64,000 bases of DNA, taken from positions 312,542,001 through 312,606,000 of the forward strand of contig CM097882.1 of assembly GCA_044892505.1 (NCBI GenBank). The letters run 5' to 3'. A program made the position numbers and the translations under genes. A model generated the notes under the pieces. It saw only the letters and a program-made list of their open reading frames with translations, was not told the DNA's origin and made no database searches. How positions within the stretch are numbered: the stretch's first letter is position 1; each line of letters begins with the position of its first letter. Below, piece after piece: positions 16,701 to 27,427 of this stretch. Source of the stretch: Schmidtea nova. Taxonomy: Eukaryota.

Positions 16701-18339
16701 TCTGCAAATACTCATAAACGTTGCTGTAAACACCGCTAAAACAATTGGATTTGAATATCGTCCAGAAAAGTGCGCTTATATGCAATACCCTAAAATAGAA
16801 ACTGTAAGCGAGATTTCTGTCAACAATGTTCTTATAAAAAAGATTGCAACAAATGAATTTTACCAATACTTGGGAGTACCAATAGGTGACAATAATGACC
16901 AAAGTCCCTATGAAATTCTAAGCAAAGTAATTGAAGACACAAAGAAAATAGCAAATTCTGATCTTTACGGCTGGCAAAAACTTAAAGCGTATAAGGTCTT
17001 TCTGCATTCTCGCTTGATTTTTCCATTTAGAACTAGGGAAATCAAAACAAGTTCTTTAGCTGATTCGAGTAAAAATTCAAAATTAAATGTAAATAATACG
17101 AGTATTTTGAGGAGTCATCTTAGAAAAATATTGCACTTGCCACACTACTCTGAGATTAGCTATTTTTATAATTCTACTGAAAACGGCGGTGCAGGCTGCA
17201 TAGACTTACTTGACGAGTATCATACACAGACAATCGTGTACTTTTTCCGCTTGTTAACATCAACGTGCGAATATTCGAAAAAGATAAATACTGACTCGCT
17301 TTTATTTGTCACAAGTCCGAGACTCGGAATCAAAAATCCAGTTCTTAAACAAAGTTTAGAATGGATAAATGGAAAAGAGAGCAAGAAAAACAACAGTGGT
17401 TGCAAAACTCGATTTTATCGGTTGCGATCATCCATTGCTTACTTTTCTAAAGTTCACAACATTAAATTGTTATTTGAAACAGTGAAAGGGAATCCTTCTA
17501 TCCGTATAACCACTACACTTAAGGGAACACGTATATTATTACCAACATTAAGAAAAGCATTGTCAATGATTTTACATTCAGCTCTCCAGGATTCGTATCT
17601 CGAGAAATGGGAGAATAGCAACCATAATAATCTGCTTGTATCTGCGATTAAACTCTGTCCACTTGTCAACAAGCTTATTTTCCGCAGTGATTTGACAGAA
17701 TTTGAATGGAGATTCGTCCATCGAGCAAGAACGAATACATTATCAATATTTGCGAAGCCATATAAAACTGGCGAAAATCGTCTTTGTCGTAGATGTAAGC
17801 TTGAAGACGAGACTTTATCACACGTTCTTCAAACTTGTAAAATGAACAAATCTTTGGCAACTAGTCGACATAACGCTTGCTTAGAAAAAATAAAAAGCGA
17901 GTTGAAAGATCCAAACTTGTTAGTTGTTGCGGATCATAAATGTTCCCTAGTACCGACATCAACTGAACGCGTTGATTTAATAATAACCAATAATGATAAA
18001 AAGACCATATTATTGGTAGACATGAAATGCCCAATCGATTCGGTGCCCAACTTTGACTTGGCTGATAAAAAAAACATAGAAAAGTATGATAAACTAAAAT
18101 CGGAAATTAAAATAGCCAAACCCGATTATAAAGTTGAGTTGTTTACCTGCATCATAGGCTCATTAGGATCCATTGAAATTAAAACACCTGATCTTTTAGT
18201 AAAAATGGGCGTAAAAGAAAATAAAGTAAAACGTCTGATGAAAGAGTGTGCAATTAGCAATATTGCGCACTCGGCCAAAATTTGGTACTTTCATACCAAT
18301 GGCTTTCTTCCAGATAATATAAGACAAACTTTTAAATAA
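13729..18339 (+). CDS. E2 ORF2 (Ulp1-RT-CCHC-RLE)
   Basis: Intact 1536 codons, same motifs as E1. Confidence 0.95.
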   Translation: MPASAQSSAIPSNETDAESTTKNNISTIDNRDPEVWFSDNDIDWYLENHIDNPMHGYIKCFIVNIICSNITEDIVEIPPSISNAEIVFCPLNINNSHWILFVYSKKMLSSYFIDPILANRQKPINKQMAQRINLKLNRFFNLNISVSRHPHKHLEYQNNSFDCGPFTCAYAVIISKDLNSFPNGFIEKIRTSVHENQNRMQITESTLFAGTNSKMDMTKINIKKALAKKKVITNTSDMTKVLNTQKPCVSSIISKYYESNSKITVLSAELTLNLIAQNTSFIADNVTFKQFKGIDHVISIIPKFNDWCLFVYSNKLDRSYMFDFNYRNIDERLIEIGEKITEYLNQFTLVSKIKFTPHHRISHPTFHSYDDQYFASSFIVFFEKLVFERILDNDKVYDSLSALKYQSCKDLSPSLSFINGKISDKIIEEYFASLNLSTKYILLNTTMCTALSDDCTEYLKDFVNIECMMKATIIFVIISPPRANDLLMVIDYDADEHYLLSPVTNDLFVMTEGFCYKLLIKINEIRESTGRSLKSRNCRHDVKGSGLFSRLLICAFIKYYAFDRSLENINLHEIGKIIYSLVPLVDKNDNAEEERRLKSKAVNSLKLNLKQRIEKANNLIISLEHASIDEIISGILSNIPRLKDLNTDHIRTPYLGTKVEKARKFKNSTEFLSNMKKTVYRILGNNTESIAPPFQEIIDTFSHPDTLPRNWENIFKFTKSSKFSLELNPMTPKEILSSLCKADNTSPGLDNVCYKDLLLLDPECKLLAFLYNKILKLDIIPTSWKSFKTILIPKPDKNGQYHKIYSWRPIALLSVIYKVFASVLANRLSLWIRNNSMLHIGQKGGSEYEGCIEHNSILSAIVEHSKYSKSSPLTIAWLDIKDAFGSVPHDYMWTLLKHINVSDRFVGILKLLYTDTSSFYCCNKMQTPDIPIKKGVKQGCPISMILFAIAINPVLESINLSNVNPFTIGTSPVQVLAYADDIALIATNTSDLQILINVAVNTAKTIGFEYRPEKCAYMQYPKIETVSEISVNNVLIKKIATNEFYQYLGVPIGDNNDQSPYEILSKVIEDTKKIANSDLYGWQKLKAYKVFLHSRLIFPFRTREIKTSSLADSSKNSKLNVNNTSILRSHLRKILHLPHYSEISYFYNSTENGGAGCIDLLDEYHTQTIVYFFRLLTSTCEYSKKINTDSLLFVTSPRLGIKNPVLKQSLEWINGKESKKNNSGCKTRFYRLRSSIAYFSKVHNIKLLFETVKGNPSIRITTTLKGTRILLPTLRKALSMILHSALQDSYLEKWENSNHNNLLVSAIKLCPLVNKLIFRSDLTEFEWRFVHRARTNTLSIFAKPYKTGENRLCRRCKLEDETLSHVLQTCKMNKSLATSRHNACLEKIKSELKDPNLLVVADHKCSLVPTSTERVDLIITNNDKKTILLVDMKCPIDSVPNFDLADKKNIEKYDKLKSEIKIAKPDYKVELFTCIIGSLGSIEIKTPDLLVKMGVKENKVKRLMKECAISNIAHSAKIWYFHTNGFLPDNIRQTFK

Positions 18340-18694
18340 ATAATTATATATATATATAAATATTTGCTTTTTAAACTCTGTAAATAAAAATTAAAGTAAA
18401 TATTTTGTAAAGTAATTTTTGTATTAAATATCCAATCTTTTTAATCTGATAAATTGTCTTTGAGAGTTATTAAATTGGGAGACCAAGTATTCTGCAACGT
18501 ATGTCACTTATTCTAGACTTATCAACTTCAAAAGAATACAGTCGCAAAGCTGGATGACGAAATCCAAAGAACCAGAAACTTCCATTCAGATTGAACAATT
18601 ATATTTTGACTGTGATTGTTTAGGGACTAATCCATGTTGATTAGATAATCTGTAAAAAAAATATGTCAAACTTGTTATATTTAATAAATGTTTA

Positions 18695-18749
18695 TTATCA
18701 CGTCTGCCTAACACGCAGAAGGTCCCCGGTTCGATCCCGGGTCGAACCA
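18695..18749 (+). pseudogene. 5'-truncated tRNA-Val(AAC), nt 19-73
   Basis: Abuts E2 3' end. Confidence 0.93.
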
Positions 18750-18929
18750 AATTTTTCTCAATTCATTATTTGACTTTTATTATATTTGCAACTCTTTTTT
18801 TAATTCATAACGCAATTTTGTTGTTGAATTCTCTACTTTGTACATAAATTTTATTCAAGTGAATTCAGTACCTTTTGTCAAGGTAATTCGAAAATCAAAC
18901 ATGCACAACAATTGTTAGTTGAAACTGTC

Positions 18930-19002
18930 GGTTCGATGGTGTAGCGGTTATCACGTCTGCCTAACACGCAGAAGGTCCCCGGTTCGATCCCGGGTCGAAC
19001 CA
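18930..19002 (+). tRNA. trnV(AAC): tRNA-Val(AAC)
   Basis: Identical to 566-638. Confidence 0.97.
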
Positions 19003-19182
19003 AATTTTTCTCAATTCATTATTTGACTTTTATTATATTTGCAACTCTTTTTTTAATTCATAACGCAATTTTGTTGTTGAATTCTCTACTTTGTACATAA
19101 ATTTTATTCAAGTGAATTCAGTACATTTTGTCAAGGTAATTCGAAAATCAAACATGCACAACAATTGTTAGTTGAAACTGTC

Positions 19183-19255
19183 GGTTCGATGGTGTAGCGG
19201 TTATCACGTCTGCCTAACACGCAGAAGGTCCCCGGTTCGATCCCGGGTCGAACCA
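19183..19255 (+). tRNA. trnV(AAC): tRNA-Val(AAC)
   Basis: Identical to 566-638. Confidence 0.97.
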
Positions 19256-19384
19256 AATTTTTCTCAATTCATTATTTGACTTTTATTATATTTGCAACTC
19301 TTTTTTTAATTCATAACGCAATTTTGTTGTTGAATTCTCTACTTTGTACATAAATTTTATTCAAGTGAATTCTTTCAAGGTTCG

Positions 19385-22018
19385 ATGACTCAATCACCTG
19401 CTGCTCAGTCAACTGCTGCTGATGTAATGACTCAGTCTATTGCAAATCAGTCAACTGTGACGAAGCAATATGAATTAGAAAACATTCTCAAATATCAAAT
19501 TTCCAGTTTGCAATATTTTCAATCGATTTTGGATTATTTTTCTCAACTAAATGGTGGAAATCTCGCTACTGCCTCAGTTCTATCTGATGCGAATGCAAGT
19601 CAACGGAGTTCTTTCGATCAAGGATCTAAAATTTCTCCAAACCAATCTGATAATATGCCACTTTCTTATGCTGATATTGAGACTAAATTCACTAAATCAA
19701 AGGATTTACTTATTGTCAAGCGCCTGGATTCATTGGAGTCTCAATTTATGAATATGGCTGAAAAGTTAGATTATTTGGTTTCTTTGTTTAATGGCTCTGT
19801 TGATGATTTATCAGATTTTCCTAAAGTAAATGAAAATAATTTAAATAATAATCCTTTCAATAAAAATAAAGTTTTTGATATCAAAGATAAATTAATTGTA
19901 AATAATGTAGTTTTAGATAAATCAAATATTTCAGAATTTATTGAAAATAATATTGCTAAAATTCCTAATAGTTTAATTGATGTAAATAATAAAATGTGTA
20001 ATTCAAATAATAAATTTCTAAATAACCCTAATAAAGAGAATGTTAAACATTTTAATAATCCCAAAGATACATCTTCAATTGATTTGACTAACGATAAAAT
20101 TATGCCAAATGAAAACATAGAAATAATTATTAAAAATAATAAAAAATCTGTTAAAATTATAGAACTTTATAAAACAACTAAACAGAAGTATGATAAATTT
20201 GAATTTAAAAGTCTGGTTCGTATTTTAACGAAAAGGGAACGCCAGAAAATCTTGAATGCCTTCCCTGCTTTAATACAACTAATTAAAAAGAAAGAATCAC
20301 AGAGTAAATATTTTGAAATTAATAAATTTCTTTCGAGCAAAGATTTTAATGTGAATCACTTGAATTTAATTAATTTTGATTATTTTTTCTATAGAAATTG
20401 TAATCTTTGTGTATCTTTAAAATTGAACAACGCTCCTGTCATTTCATCAGCACCAAAACCTGTTGTTTTAAAAACTATTAAATTAATTGACCATAATATC
20501 GTCAAAATAAATTCTGAAATCCCTGACTTTGTTCGAGCTCCAATGTCAATTCGAAGATTTTTATTCAATCTTTCGCACGATCTTTCAAACACTGTTTCCA
20601 TCAAGGATGAGAAACACAGGGGAAATAAAATAAATAACATTCTTACTTCAATGAAACATAAACAACAATTACCAGATTATTTAATAAAATCAAACATTAA
20701 ATACGAAAATGGTGAGTTCTTATTATTAGATTTGACTAACGATAAAATCAAATTGAACGACGATAATAACTTGATAAAATCAAATTTTTCTGAACTTACT
20801 AGAAGTCAGATTAAAAATCTTTACCATTCTTATCCTTCTCTTAAGGAAGTTTGTTTCGTTGAAAATCTTGAAACAAGATCATCATCCGTTAGTAAAATTA
20901 TCGAATCTTTAAAGTTAATTAATGAATTTCCAAAAAATATCATTTTTAAAGAGGGTAAATTTTATCAGTCTGATAAAAGAACAATCTCACCTAGTAGTTC
21001 TCCTGACATAATGTTCAACCTTGGTCTTTTTAATTTAGCTAGTATGAGTAGAAAAGATTGTGAATTAAAATCCATTTTAGAGAAGACTGGTTGTGACTTT
21101 AAAATAGTTGAAATAATATTCTACCTCAACTATTTAGGCTTGACTCAATCTTTAGAATTTTGCAAAAATCAAACTTATTCTGATTATGTGAGGAATTACG
21201 TCTGCAATTGCTGCTTGATAAACTCACTCTGTAGTATTGCTGATGTTGATTCGCTTTCATCTGAAGATTTTGAGGGTTGGGCGACCGAAATTGTTCAGAA
21301 AATCCCAGTTTCTTCCTATTACTTCAATAGCTGCCAGGAAAAGCTTTTAAAGCTGAAGCAATGGGACATTTCAACTAAAATCAAAAGAATCCATAACGTT
21401 ATTTCACCTGAAATAATATCTTATTTAAATAACTTTCTTGACTCTGTAGACGTAAAATTTCCATCTAAGTCTCAACAACATAATATTCTAATTAAATTAA
21501 TGAAAGCTATCAATGACATTAAAATTTTTGATGACATACACGGAAATAAAGCAAAAAGACTTGTTTACTTTTTGCTAAGAGATGCCAAGAAATATTTGAA
21601 TAAAAATCAACGATTCAGATTATTTGAATCGAGCAATAAATATTGCACTTTAGAGATGGAGAATATAATTTCAGTAATAATTGAGAACCTTACCAAAGTT
21701 ACTGACCATGAAGTTACTACTCCTGAAATCACAGTTGAAGAAACGCCAATTGAAATAACTTGTGATCCTGAACCTATCGTCTTGATTAAGGAAATAAACT
21801 GTTTAAAATGCAACAATATCATCGAAAAATGCATTCTTGTTAGAGATGGAACAAACGTCAACATCTGTGAAAGCTGTCTATTTGACGCAATTACCTTTGA
21901 AAAGCCGATTCCTGAAGCTACTAATTCGGATATCGAAGAAAATATAGAAACAAATTGTAAGAAATCTTGTCCAAGACCTAGAAAAACAGACAAGAAAACA
22001 TCAACCAAAGCAAAATGA
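19385..22018 (+). CDS. E3 ORF1, 877 aa, function unknown (coiled coil, Asn-rich region, C-terminal C4 zinc finger, basic tail)
   Basis: Long open frame conserved across copies; CLKC-x18-CESC. Confidence 0.88.
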   Translation: MTQSPAAQSTAADVMTQSIANQSTVTKQYELENILKYQISSLQYFQSILDYFSQLNGGNLATASVLSDANASQRSSFDQGSKISPNQSDNMPLSYADIETKFTKSKDLLIVKRLDSLESQFMNMAEKLDYLVSLFNGSVDDLSDFPKVNENNLNNNPFNKNKVFDIKDKLIVNNVVLDKSNISEFIENNIAKIPNSLIDVNNKMCNSNNKFLNNPNKENVKHFNNPKDTSSIDLTNDKIMPNENIEIIIKNNKKSVKIIELYKTTKQKYDKFEFKSLVRILTKRERQKILNAFPALIQLIKKKESQSKYFEINKFLSSKDFNVNHLNLINFDYFFYRNCNLCVSLKLNNAPVISSAPKPVVLKTIKLIDHNIVKINSEIPDFVRAPMSIRRFLFNLSHDLSNTVSIKDEKHRGNKINNILTSMKHKQQLPDYLIKSNIKYENGEFLLLDLTNDKIKLNDDNNLIKSNFSELTRSQIKNLYHSYPSLKEVCFVENLETRSSSVSKIIESLKLINEFPKNIIFKEGKFYQSDKRTISPSSSPDIMFNLGLFNLASMSRKDCELKSILEKTGCDFKIVEIIFYLNYLGLTQSLEFCKNQTYSDYVRNYVCNCCLINSLCSIADVDSLSSEDFEGWATEIVQKIPVSSYYFNSCQEKLLKLKQWDISTKIKRIHNVISPEIISYLNNFLDSVDVKFPSKSQQHNILIKLMKAINDIKIFDDIHGNKAKRLVYFLLRDAKKYLNKNQRFRLFESSNKYCTLEMENIISVIIENLTKVTDHEVTTPEITVEETPIEITCDPEPIVLIKEINCLKCNNIIEKCILVRDGTNVNICESCLFDAITFEKPIPEATNSDIEENIETNCKKSCPRPRKTDKKTSTKAK

Positions 22019-22024
22019 AGATGT

Positions 22025-25000
22025 GTGCCTGCATCAGCTCAATCGTCTGCCATTCCCTCTAATGAGACTGATGCAGAGAGCACAACTAAAAATAATATTT
22101 CAACTATCGACAATCGTGATCCTGAAGTGTGGTTTTCTGATAATGATATTGATTGGTATCTTGAAAACCACATTGATAATCCAATGCATGGATATATTAA
22201 ATGCTTTATAGTAAATATCATCTGTTCTAACATCACAGAAGATATTGTTGAAATTCCACCATCTATTAGCAATGCTGAAATTGTATTTTGTCCACTCAAC
22301 ATTAACAATTCGCACTGGATTCTTTTTGTTTATAGTAAGAAAATGTTATCTTCTTACTTTATTGACCCAATCCTTGCAAACAGACAAAAGCCAATCAATA
22401 AACAAATGGCTCAGAGAATTAATCTAAAACTGAATAGATTTTTTAATCTAAATATATCTGTGTCCCGACATCCACACAAACATCTTGAATATCAGAATAA
22501 CAGCTTTGACTGTGGCCCATTTACGTGTGCTTATGCTGTGATTATCAGTAAAGATTTGAACAGCTTTCCAAATGGGTTCATAGAGAAAATTCGTACCAGT
22601 GTGCATGAAAATCAAAATCGTATGCAAATAACCGAATCCACCTTATTCGCTGGTACTAACTCCAAGATGGACATGACCAAAATAAATATCAAGAAAGCCC
22701 TTGCAAAAAAGAAAGTCATCACCAACACCTCAGATATGACCAAAGTATTGAACACTCAAAAACCGTGTGTGTCATCAATAATTAGTAAATATTACGAAAG
22801 TAATTCTAAAATAACAGTCTTATCTGCCGAACTAACTTTAAACCTAATTGCACAAAATACCTCCTTCATAGCTGATAATGTCACTTTCAAGCAGTTCAAA
22901 GGAATCGATCATGTTATAAGTATCATTCCTAAATTTAACGATTGGTGTCTCTTTGTCTATTCGAATAAACTTGACAGGAGCTACATGTTCGACTTCAATT
23001 ATCGAAACATTGATGAAAGGCTAATTGAAATTGGTGAAAAGATAACTGAATATCTGAATCAATTCACTCTTGTTTCTAAAATAAAATTCACACCTCATCA
23101 TAGAATTTCTCATCCAACATTTCATTCTTACGATGATCAATATTTTGCAAGTTCTTTTATTGTATTTTTTGAGAAACTTGTCTTTGAAAGAATACTGGAC
23201 AATGATAAGGTTTATGACTCATTAAGTGCTCTAAAATATCAGTCTTGTAAAGATCTTTCTCCTAGCCTAAGTTTCATTAATGGTAAAATATCCGACAAAA
23301 TTATTGAGGAATATTTTGCTAGCCTAAACTTATCGACCAAATATATTCTTCTAAACACAACAATGTGTACTGCGCTTTCAGATGATTGCACTGAATACTT
23401 GAAAGACTTTGTAAACATTGAGTGCATGATGAAGGCTACTATAATCTTTGTAATCATTTCTCCTCCAAGAGCCAACGACTTGCTCATGGTTATTGATTAC
23501 GACGCTGATGAGCACTATTTATTAAGCCCAGTCACTAATGACTTGTTCGTTATGACTGAAGGATTCTGCTATAAATTACTAATTAAAATTAATGAGATTA
23601 GAGAGAGCACAGGACGTTCCTTGAAATCGCGTAATTGTCGACATGACGTTAAAGGTTCTGGCTTATTTAGTAGGTTATTAATCTGTGCCTTTATTAAATA
23701 TTATGCATTTGACCGATCTCTAGAAAATATCAATCTTCATGAAATTGGCAAAATTATCTACTCACTTGTGCCATTGGTTGATAAAAATGATAATGCTGAG
23801 GAAGAAAGACGACTAAAATCAAAAGCTGTAAACTCTTTAAAACTAAATTTAAAACAGCGAATAGAAAAAGCCAATAATCTTATAATTTCACTTGAACACG
23901 CCAGTATTGATGAAATCATAAGTGGCATTCTTTCAAATATTCCTCGTCTTAAAGATTTGAACACCGATCACATTCGTACACCATATTTAGGTACTAAAAT
24001 AGAAAAAGCTAGAAAATTCAAAAATTCCACTGAGTTTCTGTCAAACATGAAAAAGACTGTGTATAGGATTTTGGGTAACAACACAGAATCAATTGCACCT
24101 CCTTATCAGGAAATTATTGACACTTTCAGTCATCCTGATACATTACCTAGAAATTGGGAAAACATCTTAAAATTCACTAAGAGTTCTAAATATAGTCTTG
24201 AATTAAATCCAATGACACCTAAAGAAATCCTTTCAAGTCTTTGCAAAGCTGACAACACTTCTCCAGGTCTTGATAATGTTTGTTATAAAGATCTTTTGTT
24301 ATTAGACCCTGAATGTAAATTGCTAGCTTTTCTGTACAATAAAATCCTAAAATTAGACATTATTCCTACAAGTTGGAAATCATTTAAAACGATACTAATC
24401 CCCAAACCAGATAAAAATGGCCAATATCATAAAATATATTCTTGGCGACCAATTGCCTTATTATCTGTCATTTACAAAGTCTTCGCTTCAGTTTTGGCAA
24501 ATCGTCTAAGCTTATGGATAAGAAATAATTCCATGTTACACATTGGCCAAAAGGGTGGTTCGGAGTACGAAGGATGTATTGAACACAACTCTATTCTTTC
24601 TGCTATCGTCGAACATTCAAAATACAGCAAGTCTTCACCTTTAACGATAGCTTGGCTAGACATCAAAGATGCCTTCGGAAGTGTTCCACATGACTACATG
24701 TGGACACTGTTAAAACACATAAATGTTAGTGATAGGTTTGTAGGAATTTTAAAACTGCTCTATACTGATACAAGCTCGTTTTACTGTTGCAATAAAATGC
24801 AGACACCGGATATTCCAATAAAGAAAGGAGTTAAACAAGGTTGTCCGATCTCAATGATATTGTTTGCAATAGCTATTAACCCAGTACTTGAGTCTATTAA
24901 TCTATCAAACGTTAATCCTTTTACGATTGGAACATCTCCGGTACAGGTGTTGGCTTATGCGGATGATATCGCACTTATCGCGACAAATACCTCTGATCTG

Positions 25001-26635
25001 CAAATACTCATAAACGTTGCTGTAAACACCGCTAAAACAATTGGATTTGAATATCGTCCAGAAAAGTGCGCTTATATGCAATTCCCTAAAATAGAAACTG
25101 TAAGCGAGATTTCTGTCAACAACGTTCTTATCAAAAAGATTGCAACAAATGAATTTTACCAATACTTGGGAGTACCAATAGGTGACAATAATGATCAAAG
25201 TCCCTATGAAATTCTAAGCAAAGTAATTGAAGACACAAAGAAAATAGCAAATTCTGATCTTTACGGCTGGCAAAAACTTAAAGCGTATAAGGTCTTTCTG
25301 CATTCTCGCTTGATTTTTCCATTTAGAACTAGGGAAATCAAAACAAGTTCTTTAGCTGATTCGAGTAAAAATTCAAAATTAAATGTAAATAATACGAGTA
25401 TTTTGAGGAGTCATCTTAGAAAAATATTGCACTTGCCACACTACTCTGAGATTAGCTATTTTTATAATTCTACTGAAAACGGCGGTGCAGGCTGCATAGA
25501 CTTACTTGACGAGTATCATACACAGACAATCGTGTACTTTTTCCGTTTGTTAACATCAACGTGCGAATATTCGAAAAAGATAAATACTGACTCGCTTTTA
25601 TTTGTCACAAGTCCGAGACTCGGAATCAAAAATCCAGTTCTTAAACAAAGTTTAGAATGGATAAATGGAAAAGAGAGCAAGAAAAACAACAGTGGTTGCA
25701 AAACTCGATTTTATCGGTTGCGATCATCCATTGCTTACTTTTCTAAAGTTCACAACATTAAATTGTTATTTGAAACAGTGAAAGGGAATCCTTCTATCCG
25801 TATAACCACTACACTTAAGGGAACACGTATATTATTACCAACATTAAGAAAAGCCTTGTCAATGATTTTACATTCAGCTCTCCAGGATTCGTATCTCGAG
25901 AAATGGGAGAATAGCAATCATAATAATCTGCTTGTATCTGCGATAAAACTCTGTCCACTTGTCAACAAGCTTATTTTCCGCAGTGATTTGACAGAATTTG
26001 AATGGAGATTCGTCCATCGAGCAAGAACGAATACATTATCAATATTTGCGAAGCCATATAAAACTGGCGAAAATCGTCTTTGTCGTAGATGTAAGCTTGA
26101 AGACGAGACTTTATCACACGTTCTTCAAACTTGTAAAATGAACAAATCTTTGGCAACTAGTCGACATAACGCTTGCTTAGAAAAAATAAAAAGCGAGTTG
26201 AAAGATCCAAACTTGTTAGTTGTTGCGGATCATAAATGTTCCCTAGTACCGACATCAACTGAACGCGTTGATTTAATAATAACCAATAATGATAAAAAGA
26301 CCATATTATTGGTAGACATGAAATGCCCAATCGATTCGGTGCCCAACTTTGACTTGGCTGATAAAAAAAACATAGAAAAGTATGATAAACTAAAATCAGA
26401 AATTAAAATAGCCAAACCCGATTATAAAGTTGAGTTGTTTACCTGCATCATAGGCTCATTAGGATCCATTGAAATTAAAACACCTGATCTTTTAGTAAAA
26501 ATGGGAGTAAAAGAAAATAAAGTAAAACGTCTGATGAAAGAGTGTGCAATTAGCAATATTGCGCACTCGGCCAAAATTTGGTACTTTCATACCAATGGCT
26601 TTCTTCCAGATAATATAAGACAAACTTGTAAATAA
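22025..26635 (+). CDS. E3 ORF2 (Ulp1-RT-CCHC-RLE), in frame with ORF1 after a single TGA
   Basis: Same motifs as E1. Confidence 0.95.
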   Translation: MPASAQSSAIPSNETDAESTTKNNISTIDNRDPEVWFSDNDIDWYLENHIDNPMHGYIKCFIVNIICSNITEDIVEIPPSISNAEIVFCPLNINNSHWILFVYSKKMLSSYFIDPILANRQKPINKQMAQRINLKLNRFFNLNISVSRHPHKHLEYQNNSFDCGPFTCAYAVIISKDLNSFPNGFIEKIRTSVHENQNRMQITESTLFAGTNSKMDMTKINIKKALAKKKVITNTSDMTKVLNTQKPCVSSIISKYYESNSKITVLSAELTLNLIAQNTSFIADNVTFKQFKGIDHVISIIPKFNDWCLFVYSNKLDRSYMFDFNYRNIDERLIEIGEKITEYLNQFTLVSKIKFTPHHRISHPTFHSYDDQYFASSFIVFFEKLVFERILDNDKVYDSLSALKYQSCKDLSPSLSFINGKISDKIIEEYFASLNLSTKYILLNTTMCTALSDDCTEYLKDFVNIECMMKATIIFVIISPPRANDLLMVIDYDADEHYLLSPVTNDLFVMTEGFCYKLLIKINEIRESTGRSLKSRNCRHDVKGSGLFSRLLICAFIKYYAFDRSLENINLHEIGKIIYSLVPLVDKNDNAEEERRLKSKAVNSLKLNLKQRIEKANNLIISLEHASIDEIISGILSNIPRLKDLNTDHIRTPYLGTKIEKARKFKNSTEFLSNMKKTVYRILGNNTESIAPPYQEIIDTFSHPDTLPRNWENILKFTKSSKYSLELNPMTPKEILSSLCKADNTSPGLDNVCYKDLLLLDPECKLLAFLYNKILKLDIIPTSWKSFKTILIPKPDKNGQYHKIYSWRPIALLSVIYKVFASVLANRLSLWIRNNSMLHIGQKGGSEYEGCIEHNSILSAIVEHSKYSKSSPLTIAWLDIKDAFGSVPHDYMWTLLKHINVSDRFVGILKLLYTDTSSFYCCNKMQTPDIPIKKGVKQGCPISMILFAIAINPVLESINLSNVNPFTIGTSPVQVLAYADDIALIATNTSDLQILINVAVNTAKTIGFEYRPEKCAYMQFPKIETVSEISVNNVLIKKIATNEFYQYLGVPIGDNNDQSPYEILSKVIEDTKKIANSDLYGWQKLKAYKVFLHSRLIFPFRTREIKTSSLADSSKNSKLNVNNTSILRSHLRKILHLPHYSEISYFYNSTENGGAGCIDLLDEYHTQTIVYFFRLLTSTCEYSKKINTDSLLFVTSPRLGIKNPVLKQSLEWINGKESKKNNSGCKTRFYRLRSSIAYFSKVHNIKLLFETVKGNPSIRITTTLKGTRILLPTLRKALSMILHSALQDSYLEKWENSNHNNLLVSAIKLCPLVNKLIFRSDLTEFEWRFVHRARTNTLSIFAKPYKTGENRLCRRCKLEDETLSHVLQTCKMNKSLATSRHNACLEKIKSELKDPNLLVVADHKCSLVPTSTERVDLIITNNDKKTILLVDMKCPIDSVPNFDLADKKNIEKYDKLKSEIKIAKPDYKVELFTCIIGSLGSIEIKTPDLLVKMGVKENKVKRLMKECAISNIAHSAKIWYFHTNGFLPDNIRQTCK

Positions 26636-26990
26636 ATAATTATATATATATATAAATATTTGCTTTTTAAACTCTGTAAATAAAATTTAAAGTAAATATT
26701 TTGTAAAGTAATTTTTGTATTAAATATCAAATCTTTTTAATCTGATAAATTGTCTTTGAGAGTTATTAAATTGGGAGACCAAGTATTCTGCAACGTATGT
26801 CACTTATTCTAGACTTATCAACTTCAAAATAATACAGTCGCAAAGCTGGATGACGAAATCCAAAGAACCAGAAACTTCCATTCAGATTGAACAATTATAT
26901 TTTGACTGTGATTGTTTAGGCACTAATCCATGTTGATTAGATAATCTGTAAAAAAAATATGTCAAACTTGTTATATTTAATAAATGTTTA

Positions 26991-27045
26991 TTATCACGTC
27001 TGCCTAACACGCAGAAGGTCCCCGGTTCGATCCCGGGTCGAACCA
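26991..27045 (+). pseudogene. 5'-truncated tRNA-Val(AAC), nt 19-73
   Basis: Abuts E3 3' end. Confidence 0.93.
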
Positions 27046-27225
27046 AATTTTTCTCAATTCATTATTTGACTTTTATTATATTTGCAACTCTTTTTTTAAT
27101 TCATAACGCAATTTTGTTGTTGAATTCTCTACTTTGTACATAAATTTTATTCAAGTGAATTCAGTACATTTTGTCAAGGTAATTCGAAAATCAAACATGC
27201 ACAACAATTGTTAGTTGAAACTGTC

Positions 27226-27298
27226 GGTTCGATGGTGTAGCGGTTATCACGTCTGCCTAACACGCAGAAGGTCCCCGGTTCGATCCCGGGTCGAACCA
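27226..27298 (+). tRNA. trnV(AAC): tRNA-Val(AAC)
   Basis: Identical to 566-638. Confidence 0.97.
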
Positions 27299-27427
27299 AA
27301 TTTTTCTCAATTCATTATTTGACTTTTATTATATTTGCAACTCTTTTTTTAATTCATAACGCAATTTTGTTGTTGAATTCTCTACTTTGTACATAAATTT
27401 TATTCAAGTGAATTCTTTCAAGGTTCG

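Larger units (their letters stand above)
11076..18694 (+). mobile_element. E2: full-length RLE retrotransposon, 7619 bp, ORF1 frameshifted
   Basis: Near-identical to E1 with the same junctions. Confidence 0.93.
18695..19372 (+). repeat. tRNA-Val array C (1 remnant + 2 intact)
   Basis: Period 253. Confidence 0.97.
19373..26990 (+). mobile_element. E3: full-length RLE retrotransposon, 7618 bp, both ORFs intact
   Basis: Same junctions; ORF1 877 aa and ORF2 open. Confidence 0.94.
26991..27415 (+). repeat. tRNA-Val array D (1 remnant + 1 intact)
   Basis: Period 253. Confidence 0.96.
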
